In this document: positions 49,168 to 58,845 of the stretch, in pieces | Layout of the letters: the number at the start of each line of letters is the position of its first letter | Position numbering within the stretch: the first letter of the stretch is position 1 | From: an uncultured virus (IMG/VR IMGVR_UViG_3300010345_000473) | Lineage: Duplodnaviria > Heunggongvirae > Uroviricota > Caudoviricetes | Strand: one strand, 5' to 3' | IMG/VR virus record: IMGVR_UViG_3300010345_000473 | Length of the DNA stretch: 58,845 nt | Program-made: the position numbers and the translations under genes | Notes under the pieces: model-generated | What the model was told of the DNA's origin: nothing | Databases searched by the model: none | The model's input: the letters and a program-made list of their open reading frames with translations, nothing else

Positions 49168-50218
49168 TGCTAAGATGCCAATGATCGCGCAGAAACAGAT
49201 TGTGCCCACCGATTTGAGCATCGATCAGCGGGTACAATGTTTTGGACGGAGTGGACCAAACATTGTAGCGGGTCTCTGCGCACCTGGTCATGTATGTGTC
49301 TCTTCAGATGATGGTGTAACATGGGAACGACGTCTACGCGAGTCGTTTGCAGACTATTCGGTGACAGCCATTTGCATCCTGAAAAATGGAACGATACTCA
49401 TGGGATCGAACGGTCCATTGCCTAAACTGTGGCGGTCGACGACATGGTCGACGACATATGGAGAGGCGTGGGAATGCGTCTATGATTTTGATGCCATAAA
49501 GACGGATCGTCGATGGACACATAATGTCACCAGCATCATCGAACTTGATGATGGTTCTGTGATCTGTCATATCAAGACACCGCACGCACGGGAAGTCTAC
49601 AACTCCACCGATGAGGGACAAACGTGGGAACACATTTCGTCGATTCCTCTACCCGTGGACAATATGGTGTATCTTGGGGGCAAGACTCTTATGACCATGG
49701 TGTTGCGGGCGGGGGACTATTACCAATCCGACGATGGCGGACACACATGGAAGCATAAACATATGTACGCTGTTGAACCACATATTGAGCCAGAAACCAG
49801 GTCCACGGGTACAACACAGGACATCTACACCGCATTCCGAATTCCAAAAACTGATATCGTTGTGGCGGCGAATGCCGCCACCGGTATCATTCACAGGACT
49901 ACAAATCGTGGTGAGAGTTGGCATCAATGCGCGAAAGAAGTGTCACATGCTCTGTATGGGAAGTGCTCTTTTGCCTGGATAAATGGTATGACGTTCCTGA
50001 CAATCTCTGCTACAGGTGAGATCTTGTATTCTTTTAATAATGGCGAGGATTGGGAACACATGTTGGCACTACCACATGGGATGACAGCACATTCGCTTTC
50101 TGATACTGCGTCGGGACAACATCTTCTTGTAGGTACTAGCCCACATGCCACAATGCTGCGGATCGATGTGATTCGTCTAATCGAAAGGAGAGCCCAACAG
50201 AATGAGTTCGACAAATGA
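49136..50218 (+). CDS. Asp-box (BNR) beta-propeller, sialidase/glycosidase-like fold
   Basis: SSDDGVTWE, STDEGQTWE, SDDGGHTWK, TNRGESW, SFNNGEDWE. Confidence 0.8.
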   Translation: MMPIWRCVRSDAKMPMIAQKQIVPTDLSIDQRVQCFGRSGPNIVAGLCAPGHVCVSSDDGVTWERRLRESFADYSVTAICILKNGTILMGSNGPLPKLWRSTTWSTTYGEAWECVYDFDAIKTDRRWTHNVTSIIELDDGSVICHIKTPHAREVYNSTDEGQTWEHISSIPLPVDNMVYLGGKTLMTMVLRAGDYYQSDDGGHTWKHKHMYAVEPHIEPETRSTGTTQDIYTAFRIPKTDIVVAANAATGIIHRTTNRGESWHQCAKEVSHALYGKCSFAWINGMTFLTISATGEILYSFNNGEDWEHMLALPHGMTAHSLSDTASGQHLLVGTSPHATMLRIDVIRLIERRAQQNEFDK

Positions 50219-50885
50219 AGCTCGTATCACTCCCATGTTTCTGGTGCTCTGTATTGTCTATACAACGACGTTGATATTGAGCAATATCATTGCATGCAAG
50301 CTCATCCAGGTGGCTGGATATATCTTGCCCGCGGCGGTCATTGTGTATCCCATCGTCTATATTATTTCGGACATCATGACCGAGGTGTATGGGATGCGAT
50401 TGTCCATGCTTGCCATCAAGATGAACACCGCGATGAACTTCCTGATGGTTGTGGTGTTTGCTGTGGCATCGGTGCTTCCGTTCCCTGCATTCTGGGCAAA
50501 CCAGCCCGCATTCGATGCCATCTTTGGCACAACGTTTCGGATCGTGTGCGCCTCCCTCATCGGGTATTATGTGGGCGATTGGGCGAACAGCATGACGATC
50601 TCTGTGATGAAGCAGTGGACTAAAGGGAAGTGGTTTCCGTTCCGGGCCATTGCATCGACGCTCGTTGGTCAAGTCTTTGACACAGGACTGTTCATCACCA
50701 TCGCGTTTGCCTGGATCGTGCCGTGGGATGTCTTGACCGGGATGATCGTGGCACAGTATGTGGTGAAGGTAGGGTATGAGGCTGTATGTGTACCGCTCAC
50801 AACTGTTGTGGTCCGCTGGTGGAAAGCGCACGAGTCCTTTGAAGTGTGGGACGAGATGGATCTCGAAACGTATAAACCGTTCTAG
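50202..50885 (+). CDS. yhhQ: queuosine-precursor (preQ0/preQ1) transporter
   Basis: SNIIACK, YPIVYIISDIMTEVYG, RIVCASLIGY, R.IAST.VGQ..DT.LFITIAF, K..YE. Confidence 0.9.
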   Translation: MSSTNEARITPMFLVLCIVYTTTLILSNIIACKLIQVAGYILPAAVIVYPIVYIISDIMTEVYGMRLSMLAIKMNTAMNFLMVVVFAVASVLPFPAFWANQPAFDAIFGTTFRIVCASLIGYYVGDWANSMTISVMKQWTKGKWFPFRAIASTLVGQVFDTGLFITIAFAWIVPWDVLTGMIVAQYVVKVGYEAVCVPLTTVVVRWWKAHESFEVWDEMDLETYKPF

Positions 50886-50896
50886 AGCAACTTAAT

Positions 50897-50929
50897 CTGG
50901 GGGTGGGGAGATTCTCACTCCACCCCCAG
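50897..50929. terminator. GC-rich intergenic hairpin
   Basis: CTGGGGGTGGGG ... CTCCACCCCCAG. Confidence 0.5.
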
Positions 50930-50946
50930 CAACATATTAGACTGAT

Positions 50947-51201
50947 ATGAAGGGAGATACCATGCATAATGGGCGCAACAGAAACGATCCTGATGGTATC
51001 ATGTTTGCCGAGGACGTACTCCGAAAGTCCAAGGAACTCCTCGAAGAACTTTTGCAGCAACGAAGTATCCTGATCAGTACACTCTCCGAAGCATATGAGC
51101 ATCTCGATAAACAATCACCCAACATCCGTGAAGCACTTGCGCTCATTAACAGTGCATTGATCATGCTTGATGAACTACCGTTGGGAGGGAGCAATATATG
51201 A
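50947..51201 (+). CDS. small coiled-coil hypothetical protein
   Basis: Leu-rich helical ORF, ATGA-coupled to the next gene. Confidence 0.5.
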   Translation: MKGDTMHNGRNRNDPDGIMFAEDVLRKSKELLEELLQQRSILISTLSEAYEHLDKQSPNIREALALINSALIMLDELPLGGSNI

Positions 51202-51914
51202 GTACACCGAGCGGGTATGTGACACCACAGCCAACCTTCACCATCGCTTCAGATCGAGAATGTGATGAGACCCATACGTGGGCACACACCACAGGCATCT
51301 ATGTCCGTGCTCGTGACTCTCGTGGAAAGATTCGGAATGCGGATATCGCACAACTCGATCGAGAATCGTTATGGAAGTTCCTCACGTTCTATGGCGGCAG
51401 TAACCAGGTAGCGGAGAACATTGTGGGTATCTTGCTGGGACATGGACCATTTCACGAACAACAACCGGTTGTTGCACCGCCACCGTCCATCACTTCACAG
51501 GCAATTGATCGATACGTGGGGTACTTTTGTGGCTCGGTCAATTGTCGTGGTCATGCAGCATGTGGCTGTGTGATCTTCAATATGCGCGGGGTTGTGGTAG
51601 CACATCGTGGACTCCTCTTGCTCAACAAAACAAAGATTGAAGCCGAATATTGTGGGCTCATCACATTATTCGAACTCGCAAAAGAATGTAATATCACCGA
51701 CATATATGTGCGTGGTGATTCGTCCGATGTGGTCAAACAGGTGTCGGGTATGCGGGAAGTCCCTGAAGAATTGATGCCACTGTACATATCCGTTCTCAAG
51801 AATCAACCATCTGTTTTCAAAATTGCATATGTCCGGCCGCCATGTAGTTCAGATGCATACAATGTCATGAACTCAGTATTTTCGTCGTCGGAGAAAAGAG
51901 ATGATGTGTTGTGA
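51198..51914 (+). CDS. RNase HI-like domain protein (probably degenerate)
   Basis: YFCGS (usually YFDG), EAEY.GLI, VRGDS..VVKQVSG. Confidence 0.6.
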   Translation: MSTPSGYVTPQPTFTIASDRECDETHTWAHTTGIYVRARDSRGKIRNADIAQLDRESLWKFLTFYGGSNQVAENIVGILLGHGPFHEQQPVVAPPPSITSQAIDRYVGYFCGSVNCRGHAACGCVIFNMRGVVVAHRGLLLLNKTKIEAEYCGLITLFELAKECNITDIYVRGDSSDVVKQVSGMREVPEELMPLYISVLKNQPSVFKIAYVRPPCSSDAYNVMNSVFSSSEKRDDVL

Positions 51915-52351
51915 TCAAATATGCGACGATGTATCTATATGTGATGGTCTGGATGGATCGGCATTCCATCGAGGCGGCTCGTCGAATCTACCACATCACA
52001 AACCGGATGCATCTCTGGAAGTTTGGGCATGATGTGTCCGAGGCGTTGGCAGCCAGAACACATGACATCATTCTTTGTGTCATGCACCACTCACATCCAC
52101 TTGTATATGAGCAACTTCGATTGCCCAACGAAGAACAGACATTGACGCCATATATGACGTGGATGTGTACTTTTGTTAGATATCCAAAAGAAACTACATG
52201 TCGAACATGTGGTCAAGAAATCGAAGTATGTCGAAGAGCCATTCCACAGCGAGTACAGACTCGGGCTATGGCATGCATGGGACAAACAGACCCCGCAGGA
52301 ACAGTGGAACTCGCTGATCTGCTCACAGAAAGGGTACATTCTCATGGCTAA
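51911..52351 (+). CDS. hypothetical protein
   Basis: Coupled ORF with CxxC. Confidence 0.45.
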   Translation: MIKYATMYLYVMVWMDRHSIEAARRIYHITNRMHLWKFGHDVSEALAARTHDIILCVMHHSHPLVYEQLRLPNEEQTLTPYMTWMCTFVRYPKETTCRTCGQEIEVCRRAIPQRVQTRAMACMGQTDPAGTVELADLLTERVHSHG

Positions 52352-52911
52352 CATCAAACGGGCGCGAGAATGCGATGCAGTCCTTCGGGCAAATAACAAA
52401 CACACGATTTGTGAGATCATTGCCATGGTGATGAACATCGGTGTCTGCCCATTAACACGTCTCACGTTAACAACTCCCATATCTGACGAATATATTCTTG
52501 CAGCGCTTCGTTCGCGAAACACAACTCATCCCACGAAGGAGGATTGATTCTGTGAGTATGACCGCACTTCATCAATGGTTCTTGAAGCTCTGTGCATCGT
52601 TTGCAGAAGAGATGTCCTATGAGTCGCCCTCTCGATATTTCACCATCGAGATGTGGCTGTATCGGCGGATTCCTATTGGATGGATTCGTCAGTTCGTTTT
52701 TGTGATATGTCGCATCATCACTATTGTAGTGGTATCAACCGTTGTGATTCTTGGGTCGTTGTTTGATATGTTGTTGTCCATGTTCGAAACTCTGCAAACC
52801 GTGATGTGTATGGTGTGGGATATCATCTCGGATCGAGAACTGTATCAATCGTTCGTCCAGCGGTTCCACGAAGTGGGCGACAACACATGGCTGAAAGGAA
52901 GGTTGTAGTCC

Positions 52912-53319
52912 ATGGCAAACAGTTTGTTTCTCTGTTACAAAGTTCCGCGAATGGCAACCGTGAGCGATCCTATTATCCCGAATCTCAATAATGATCTTGC
53001 GTATCTTATTGCGCCATTCGTCAGTGAGCTATCTGCTGGAATCATTGATGTGGATGGGCTTGTGACATTTCAGAATGATGCAATCTATCATCTGTTTCGG
53101 CGACTTGTACAACGAGAAGAATTCGATAAGAACTTGCGGGTGTGGTTGCGTGACAATACTGAGTCATTCTTTTACACGAAGATTGATTTTACTGATATCG
53201 AATCTCGTGTGCAACTCGATGAGGAAATCGATAAAGCGTATGAACGGATGCATATGATCTTTAAGTCTGAGGCGGAATTGACTTTGTCGTGGGTGGATTG
53301 GCCTTGGACGGATCTATGA
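52912..53319 (+). CDS. hypothetical protein
   Basis: 135-aa ORF with RBS. Confidence 0.5.
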   Translation: MANSLFLCYKVPRMATVSDPIIPNLNNDLAYLIAPFVSELSAGIIDVDGLVTFQNDAIYHLFRRLVQREEFDKNLRVWLRDNTESFFYTKIDFTDIESRVQLDEEIDKAYERMHMIFKSEAELTLSWVDWPWTDL

Positions 53320-53404
53320 TGTGAGCACGATCGTGGCATGTGGTGCGAGGATGATACAACCGCATCATATGCCACTTTTCTCCACCAGGAAGTGGGCGAT
53401 GTGA

Positions 53405-53761
53405 ATGATTCTTAAACCGATCACGCGAATGTGCGATCCAGAGTTCGCATTCGTCGATTCGTGTTGGAAGTGTGATAGTACGATATGTGATTGTTGTGGC
53501 GAAGAATATGCACTTGAAGTGTGGGCTGATGAGTTTCCATCTTTTGGTGGGTGGGAAGCGGACACATGCCATCCCCATCTTCAGCATGTGTTTCGACATT
53601 TGCTCGGTGTATCGGAAGATGTGAAAATCGTGATTCTGGAAATCTGTCCACTGCATCAACACAGTCATGATCCCACCATTGTCTTCGGGCACGATCGATC
53701 CATCGAAAGTGACAAGGTCAAATCTGTTCGTGATGCATGGAATGCAGCGAGTGCATTTTAG
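53405..53761 (+). CDS. hypothetical protein, paralogue of 55443-55829
   Basis: MILKPI..CDP.F...VW...W.A...KIVILEI.P...TIVFG.D..IE. Confidence 0.6.
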   Translation: MILKPITRMCDPEFAFVDSCWKCDSTICDCCGEEYALEVWADEFPSFGGWEADTCHPHLQHVFRHLLGVSEDVKIVILEICPLHQHSHDPTIVFGHDRSIESDKVKSVRDAWNAASAF

Positions 53762-54138
53762 TTGTGTTCCGAGAGGAGGGTTGCAAAAAATATCGAATGT
53801 GCAGAACGGCGATGATCGGTTGGGCCACACAGGAAGATATTGATGCATTCACATCCATGTTCGGTCGGCTATCTCCAATGCCGAAAATCTATCCCTCCCC
53901 TGAGGACACGTTTTTGTGGAATGGCGAACCGATTTTCTGGGGATGCCAATAGAGGTTGATCCGAAGACCAAGATTGGATATCTGCGCATCTATCGAAAAA
54001 CTGATGGAACATCCACGGCGCGAACTGTTGATCTGTCTACTGATGTTGGTGCATGTGTGTGATGTTGTTGTATCTGTGTTGAATGAGTTTTAGTGATGTT
54101 CTCTATCCTATGGAGTGATTGTGAATGCGGACTCTCAG

Positions 54139-54739
54139 TATGAAGACATCCACCGAGATTGATTTTCTGGAAGGATACTCGTATCGAAAACGATAACAAA
54201 CTTGTCTGTGACTTCGGTGATATGAAATATCGTAGTGTTGTGTGGGACGATCGGTTCACTTGCGGGATCTGGGCTGATATGCAGCGGACATGCGCCAGAA
54301 GGACGGAGCGTACCAAAAACAGTATTGCGGTCGTCGAGTTGCATCCGATGATGATGAAAACAATGTGATTGTTGCGTACCCCGTTGAGATCGAATCTGAT
54401 AGAATTAAGACGCTTCGTAAAAAATATACAACGATGCTGGCACGACAATGTACAACGCATCCAAATTACAGGTTTTCACATTGAGGACACCCGCGGTCCT
54501 TGATTTTCTGAAGGATGTTTGTCTTAATGATATCAAAAAGAAAGCCACGTGTGAGTTCGGTGGCATACCGTACAGGTTGGGATGCTTGGGATGCGGCAGT
54601 AATCATTGAATTGCGTCCTTTTGGTGGGGATCCCGATGCCGATGAAAACAACGTGATGATTGTATACTCTCATAGAGATGCGTCTGCAGAGATCAACGAG
54701 CTTCGCGAGAAAATGTTTAACTGGGTGTCTTCGATATGA
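54139..54739 (+). pseudogene. two degenerate copies of the 53405/55443 family
   Basis: IAVVELHP joins DDENNVIVAYPVEIESDRIK only via a frameshift near 54350; second copy reads VIIELRP..DENNVMIVY. Confidence 0.5.
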
Positions 54740-54833
54740 GTAGTTCACATCTCGGTGGGTGGGTGGGGCAACACGAACACATTCCGCATCAGCTAGACTT
54801 TCCACACGATCATTAAAGGGAGGATAGATCCAC

Positions 54834-55439
54834 ATGACATCGTCTATAACGATCATCGAAGTGATGCGGGAATTCGAACTCTATGGCATTCATCCTGGCA
54901 CAGAAACACAACTTCCATGTGTCGTTGAACTCGATCTTCGATCTGGAAAGGTCTGTATTTCCACACGGGATGATACACCGAATTCGATACCGATGCGCGA
55001 ATGGGAAGGACACATGATGTCGTGGAAAATGCCATGCCTTGTGGCAGATGCAGCGAATGTACTCTTGCAACAAGTTGCGGGAGAAGCACAATGCATTCGT
55101 CAGGCATATCTCAAACATCATGAAGAAAATGACGAATCAACGCGATTTCGTCCAGAAGGAGAGACACTAGCCGCCGCGGTGGAAATCGAACGAATATGTC
55201 GAGATGCTGAGGGCGTTCAGATCATAGGAGTGCCCGCATCGGATGTTGTTGCCGAAGTCATCAGTGATCTTGGTATCACGGCAGAAACAACGAATGACGA
55301 AATTGATGACATCGCGCGGTGGATTGAGGAGGAAGGTCGATTGAATGATCCAATCTATGTCTACATTGGACTCCATCAGCATCTTCGCACATATCGGGAT
55401 ACGTTGCAGCAAGCAACTCAGCATGTCATCACCGAGTGA
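54834..55439 (+). CDS. hypothetical protein
   Basis: GGAGG RBS; 201 aa. Confidence 0.55.
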   Translation: MTSSITIIEVMREFELYGIHPGTETQLPCVVELDLRSGKVCISTRDDTPNSIPMREWEGHMMSWKMPCLVADAANVLLQQVAGEAQCIRQAYLKHHEENDESTRFRPEGETLAAAVEIERICRDAEGVQIIGVPASDVVAEVISDLGITAETTNDEIDDIARWIEEEGRLNDPIYVYIGLHQHLRTYRDTLQQATQHVITE

Positions 55440-55442
55440 CAT

Positions 55443-55829
55443 GTGATACTAACGGAGGCGATGCGAATGATTATTAAACCGATTAGGCAGATATGCGACC
55501 CGGACTTTGAGGTGGTCAAATCGATTCGTGTTAATGGAAACAACATTGTGTGTGACTATAATGGAAAGCAGTATATGGTGAGTGTGTGGGGCAACATATT
55601 CGATGTCAATACCCCTTGGGAAGCTTATTTGTACCATATGCAGCAGATGATCGACAAGGTGTACTTCGATGACGTGGACAAAGATACAAAGATTGTTGTT
55701 TTGGAAATCCATCCTATGGGGAAAGCGGAGGCCGAGCAAACCATCGTGTTCGGATATGATCATGCCATCGAGACCGAAGACATCAGGATGTTCCGCGACG
55801 AACTGCATGCTACGGGTGACTGGTTTTGA
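55443..55829 (+). CDS. hypothetical protein, paralogue of 53405-53761
   Basis: IIKPIRQICDPDF...KIVVLEIHP...TIVFGYDHAIE. Confidence 0.6.
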   Translation: MILTEAMRMIIKPIRQICDPDFEVVKSIRVNGNNIVCDYNGKQYMVSVWGNIFDVNTPWEAYLYHMQQMIDKVYFDDVDKDTKIVVLEIHPMGKAEAEQTIVFGYDHAIETEDIRMFRDELHATGDWF

Positions 55830-56221
55830 GTCCGAGGACGCGACGTTATGATGACATCGTACGAATATCGGGAAGTTAACATTCCTGGTGGTGTTGCATA
55901 TGTCACAGACGAGTACTTTGCCACAATATCGTGTTTTCCAAAATCGATGGGCGATCGTCGTCGTCGATGTGTGACCACATACTGGTACAATGAACGATGT
56001 CCTGTTTGGTATACTATTGATTCTCAAAAGACGATCGGGGATGGACGAATCGAATGAGTTCTAGTCATACACATCAATGAGGATCACAATTCACTACATC
56101 GCCATAACACACGCTATACCTCGCCCCACTGGACTGTCTTGATGGATCCATGTACTTACGTGGCGGACATCAACGACACACCCCAGCGGTCGGTATAGAT
56201 GGGTTTAACCACCAAAGCAAA

Positions 56222-56737
56222 CTAGATCACAATTGTTGCCCACCGAACAGCAGGTCGTTGTTGACGGATGGCTTTCTGGAGGAGTTCCACGGAGTCGTAG
56301 TACTCATATGCGTCACGTCCTGTACGAACGCGGTTGTTCAACCAATAGAGATGTGACCGAGTTGTATCCATATCAACGTGGATGAATCCAATGCCTGGTG
56401 CGGTCTGATATATACCGACACGATGGAAGATGGGTACACACATCTGAAACACATTGAGAATCAGTTTTATGCGACCCAGATTGAAATCGGCAGCAAGGCC
56501 TCGGGAGTGTACAGATTGTGATGTGTTGGCCACAACACGTTCATGCTCTGGGCATCGATATGATGAAGCGATGTATATGGGTGCCTGCAACACATCTCGA
56601 AGCTGTTGGAGTCCAGATACAAGGCGTCCATCGATAAAAACGTTTCCACAGTGTGGGCACATGAACTCCGAAGCTGTGAAGTTTGGAGCAAGTTTGATAC
56701 TGTGCAGATCATACTGAGATCGTTTGTATTCGTACAT
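56222..56737 (-). CDS. peptidase M15A (Zn peptidase), endolysin candidate
   Basis: NF..SEF.C..CG, LQ.LRD, SSYRC..H, S.H..G.AAD, FIHVD. Confidence 0.88.
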   Translation of the reverse strand: MYEYKRSQYDLHSIKLAPNFTASEFMCPHCGNVFIDGRLVSGLQQLRDVLQAPIYIASSYRCPEHERVVANTSQSVHSRGLAADFNLGRIKLILNVFQMCVPIFHRVGIYQTAPGIGFIHVDMDTTRSHLYWLNNRVRTGRDAYEYYDSVELLQKAIRQQRPAVRWATIVI

Positions 56738-56762
56738 TCGATCCGTCCGCCTCCTTTGTGTG

Positions 56763-56814
56763 AAAAAAGCAAGAGTGATGGGGAGGGTCTGCCCACACTG
56801 AACAGACCCTCCCC
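56763..56814 (-). terminator. hairpin/terminator after tail gene
   Basis: GGGGAGGGTCTG ... CAGACCCTCCCC with a nearby T-run on the minus strand. Confidence 0.55.
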
Positions 56815-56843
56815 GGTTATGTTGCTATTATTGTGGTAGAGAA

Positions 56844-57890
56844 CTAGGCAGCATACCAGACGTTCATGACGTCGCCGGCTTCGAGGACTCCATCGAGCCA
56901 CAGGCCGTTCCAGCTCAACCGACGCAGTTGCTCGGAACCATTGTTAATCAGTTCAAAGTCCACACCAATGGTCTGCACAGGGCCGCCTGCAGGAACCACT
57001 TGCACCGAGGAAGCTTCGGCCGCATGAACTGTTTCCGACAGATCAACATACTTGTCGGTGATGTTCTGAGCGCTCAACGTGATAGTCACGTGCTTCTGGA
57101 TGGGGAAATCGATGGCGGCGGGATCAACAGACAGACCATCCGCATCAACAAGCAGTCCACCCGCCGTCTTCACCTTGACGCCAAGCTCGCCCTCAGTGAC
57201 CTGCAGTGTGGGGTTAGTAGCCTCAAGATTAATCGCGATGCCACTAGCGGTCAGCTCAAGCCCCGTAGTGGTATCAACCTTCGCCGCAAGTTTCTGGTCT
57301 GGGGATGTCCCCGTAAGTTCAAGACCGCTGTTTTCCGCCACGTCAAGCGAAATGATGCCACTCGCCACAGCGATACCATCGCCCACCTGGACCTTACCCT
57401 TGGAGGACTTTGTCGCGTCCGCAAGAATGCTCGCAGAGATCGCGATCCAGGTACTCGTGTCGCTGTCGAATGTGTATGCGCGATCTTCTGACTTCAGGAA
57501 CATTGTCCAGTTCGCAGCGGGAGTGTCTCCCGTGTTCCATGTGCCCGCTTCCACACACTCGTACACCTTGTTGTCCGTGGTATTGATGAAACGCTGACCC
57601 ACCGTGGGAGTTTCAGGGTTCGTGGCACCCATGCCATCAACGGGCGCACGCCATGTAAGGCCATGCACCTTGTTCTCGAGCTGTGTTAACACCCAAGCCC
57701 GATTAGTCAGATGGGAATCAATTGTTGGGTCCGCCGCAGCAACAGGAAGGTCGCTGAATGTTTTGACGCCACTGATTGTTTGCTCCGCGTTTGTTAGAGC
57801 CATACGGGTGGTGCCGTCGGGAACAACATCAATGTTGACTTCGTTCGTGCCGGTTCCGAACTTAATAAACCTCTTGTCAATGCGACTCAT
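56844..57890 (-). CDS. tail fibre / virion structural protein
   Basis: AAGGAGG RBS; QTISGVKTFS, DATKSSKGKVQVGDGI, G/T-rich fibre repeats. Confidence 0.65.
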   Translation of the reverse strand: MSRIDKRFIKFGTGTNEVNIDVVPDGTTRMALTNAEQTISGVKTFSDLPVAAADPTIDSHLTNRAWVLTQLENKVHGLTWRAPVDGMGATNPETPTVGQRFINTTDNKVYECVEAGTWNTGDTPAANWTMFLKSEDRAYTFDSDTSTWIAISASILADATKSSKGKVQVGDGIAVASGIISLDVAENSGLELTGTSPDQKLAAKVDTTTGLELTASGIAINLEATNPTLQVTEGELGVKVKTAGGLLVDADGLSVDPAAIDFPIQKHVTITLSAQNITDKYVDLSETVHAAEASSVQVVPAGGPVQTIGVDFELINNGSEQLRRLSWNGLWLDGVLEAGDVMNVWYAA

Positions 57891-57949
57891 GTGTTGTAAC
57901 CTCCTTGTGTATGTGTTATGTCTATTATGATTGGGCGATGATGCCCATA

Positions 57950-58546
57950 TCACCAAGTGATGGTTCTGAGTTCTTCAATTGTTGTTGCTGCGGCTATTGT
58001 GATGTTTAGAGAACGCTCTTTATCAAAACAACCCTGAACGTGTTGTCTCACAACATCGGCGATGCCAAGAATTTCTTGAGCCGACAGTTCTATAAATCCG
58101 TCATCAGTTTTCCACGCGCACGTATATGAGGGATCTTGCATCGATTTCAGAGCTGCGCCAGTTAACATGGCTTGACTTTCTCGATCAGTGTGGATAACCA
58201 TTCCCTGAAGAGTGCATCCACCCGTTTCTGCTTGCCACCTGCTTTGCGCAATGCGAACTTTTGTTGCGTGTTTCAGTGCTTCCAAAATAACTGGTGTTTG
58301 GCTTAACGGTTCCCCTTCATTAATCTGTTCTGTGTCCGGAACGATAAACGCAAGCGTATCTGGGGTGAATCCGCGCAATTCTCCACCAACAAAAACCATA
58401 TGATCGGAGTCGATGTAGAGCGCATCGGGAACTATTTGACGAACAATACCCAGCGAATCAACAAGAATACCAATCATCATGTTATTGCTCACATCTCCCA
58501 AGGTACGCAAAGACGATATCTGAAAGACGAAATCGTGTGGGTTCAT
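57950..58546 (-). CDS. DUF4376-like tail-fibre-associated protein
   Basis: TDRESQ..L.GA...WK...GF..L.A..I..IA..V..HVQ.CF..E...I.AA.T.EEL..I.W. Confidence 0.7.
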   Translation of the reverse strand: MNPHDFVFQISSLRTLGDVSNNMMIGILVDSLGIVRQIVPDALYIDSDHMVFVGGELRGFTPDTLAFIVPDTEQINEGEPLSQTPVILEALKHATKVRIAQSRWQAETGGCTLQGMVIHTDRESQAMLTGAALKSMQDPSYTCAWKTDDGFIELSAQEILGIADVVRQHVQGCFDKERSLNITIAAATTIEELRTITW

Positions 58547-58606
58547 GTTGTGTTGTTGGCTGTTGTTCTTGCGTAGGAGTTGGTTGGGTATCGATTTGCG
58601 TGCACA

Positions 58607-58783
58607 TCACCATACAACAGCCTCCAATTCTTCAACCAAGCGAGGCGGGGGCGTCTCTGCCCCCTCGTACCAGTAACAGCCGCGCTCTAGGCTCACCCCC
58701 GGGTCGCTGTCGATCCCCAGGAAGCACTTCATCACCGTGGCACGGTCCGTGCGTCTGGAGCAGGTTTTGCACGTCCTCACCAT
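58607..58783 (-). CDS. small Cys-containing protein
   Basis: MVRTCKTC...C...C...LVEELEAVVW; GGAGG RBS. Confidence 0.4.
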   Translation of the reverse strand: MVRTCKTCSRRTDRATVMKCFLGIDSDPGVSLERGCYWYEGAETPPPRLVEELEAVVW

Positions 58784-58845
58784 GTGACGGCCTCCAGGTC
58801 CTCCAGAGTTCCCGCCGCGTCGATCAGCGCGACGAGATCCGCCTC
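58777..58845 (-). CDS. 3' end of another DUF4376-like protein (partial)
   Basis: ...ADLVALIDAAGTLEDLEAVTW-stop. Confidence 0.5.
   Translation of the reverse strand, partial: EADLVALIDAAGTLEDLEAVTW

Noticed and set aside
1..58845. Genome-wide UGA reassignment (code 4/25)
   Set aside because: Many conserved genes end at TGA with coupled downstream starts (ATGA/GTGA overlaps), and long enzymes contain no internal TGA.
1..58845. tRNA (including tRNA-Sec) or rRNA genes
   Set aside because: None recognised by eye in the short intergenic gaps; a tRNAscan-SE/Aragorn run would be needed to exclude them.

Overview
This window is a segment of a large, probably jumbo, T4-like/myovirus-type dsDNA phage genome. 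Its host is probably an anaerobe (class III RNR, apparent selenocysteine use). From 1 to 25 kb (+ strand) are replication, recombination and nucleotide genes: RecA/UvsX, an SF2 helicase, a split and order-permuted NrdD with NrdG, a Cas4-like nuclease, a UDG-PolB fusion with a mini-intein, QueE, a TGT/DpdA-like protein, DnaB and ThyX, followed by three pentapeptide-repeat genes and an SLT. A small baseplate-spike module is embedded there. From 25 to 37 kb (- strand) are a resolvase and an array of paralogous, probably protease-processed virion proteins. From 37 to 56 kb (+ strand) are a ubiquitin-like conjugation cassette (E1, Zn-ribbon-Ubl, JAB, E2), dUTPase, YhhQ and many small accessory genes. 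The end (- strand) has an M15A peptidase and tail-fibre genes. The most striking observation is missed by the ORF track. The gp5/VgrG-like spike gene (6893-7855) and a gene just after PAAR (8299-9111) each contain three in-frame UGA codons, and five of the six are followed by hairpins with bacterial-SECIS geometry. This suggests multi-selenocysteine phage virion proteins. All calls come from reading motifs by eye; no searches were run.
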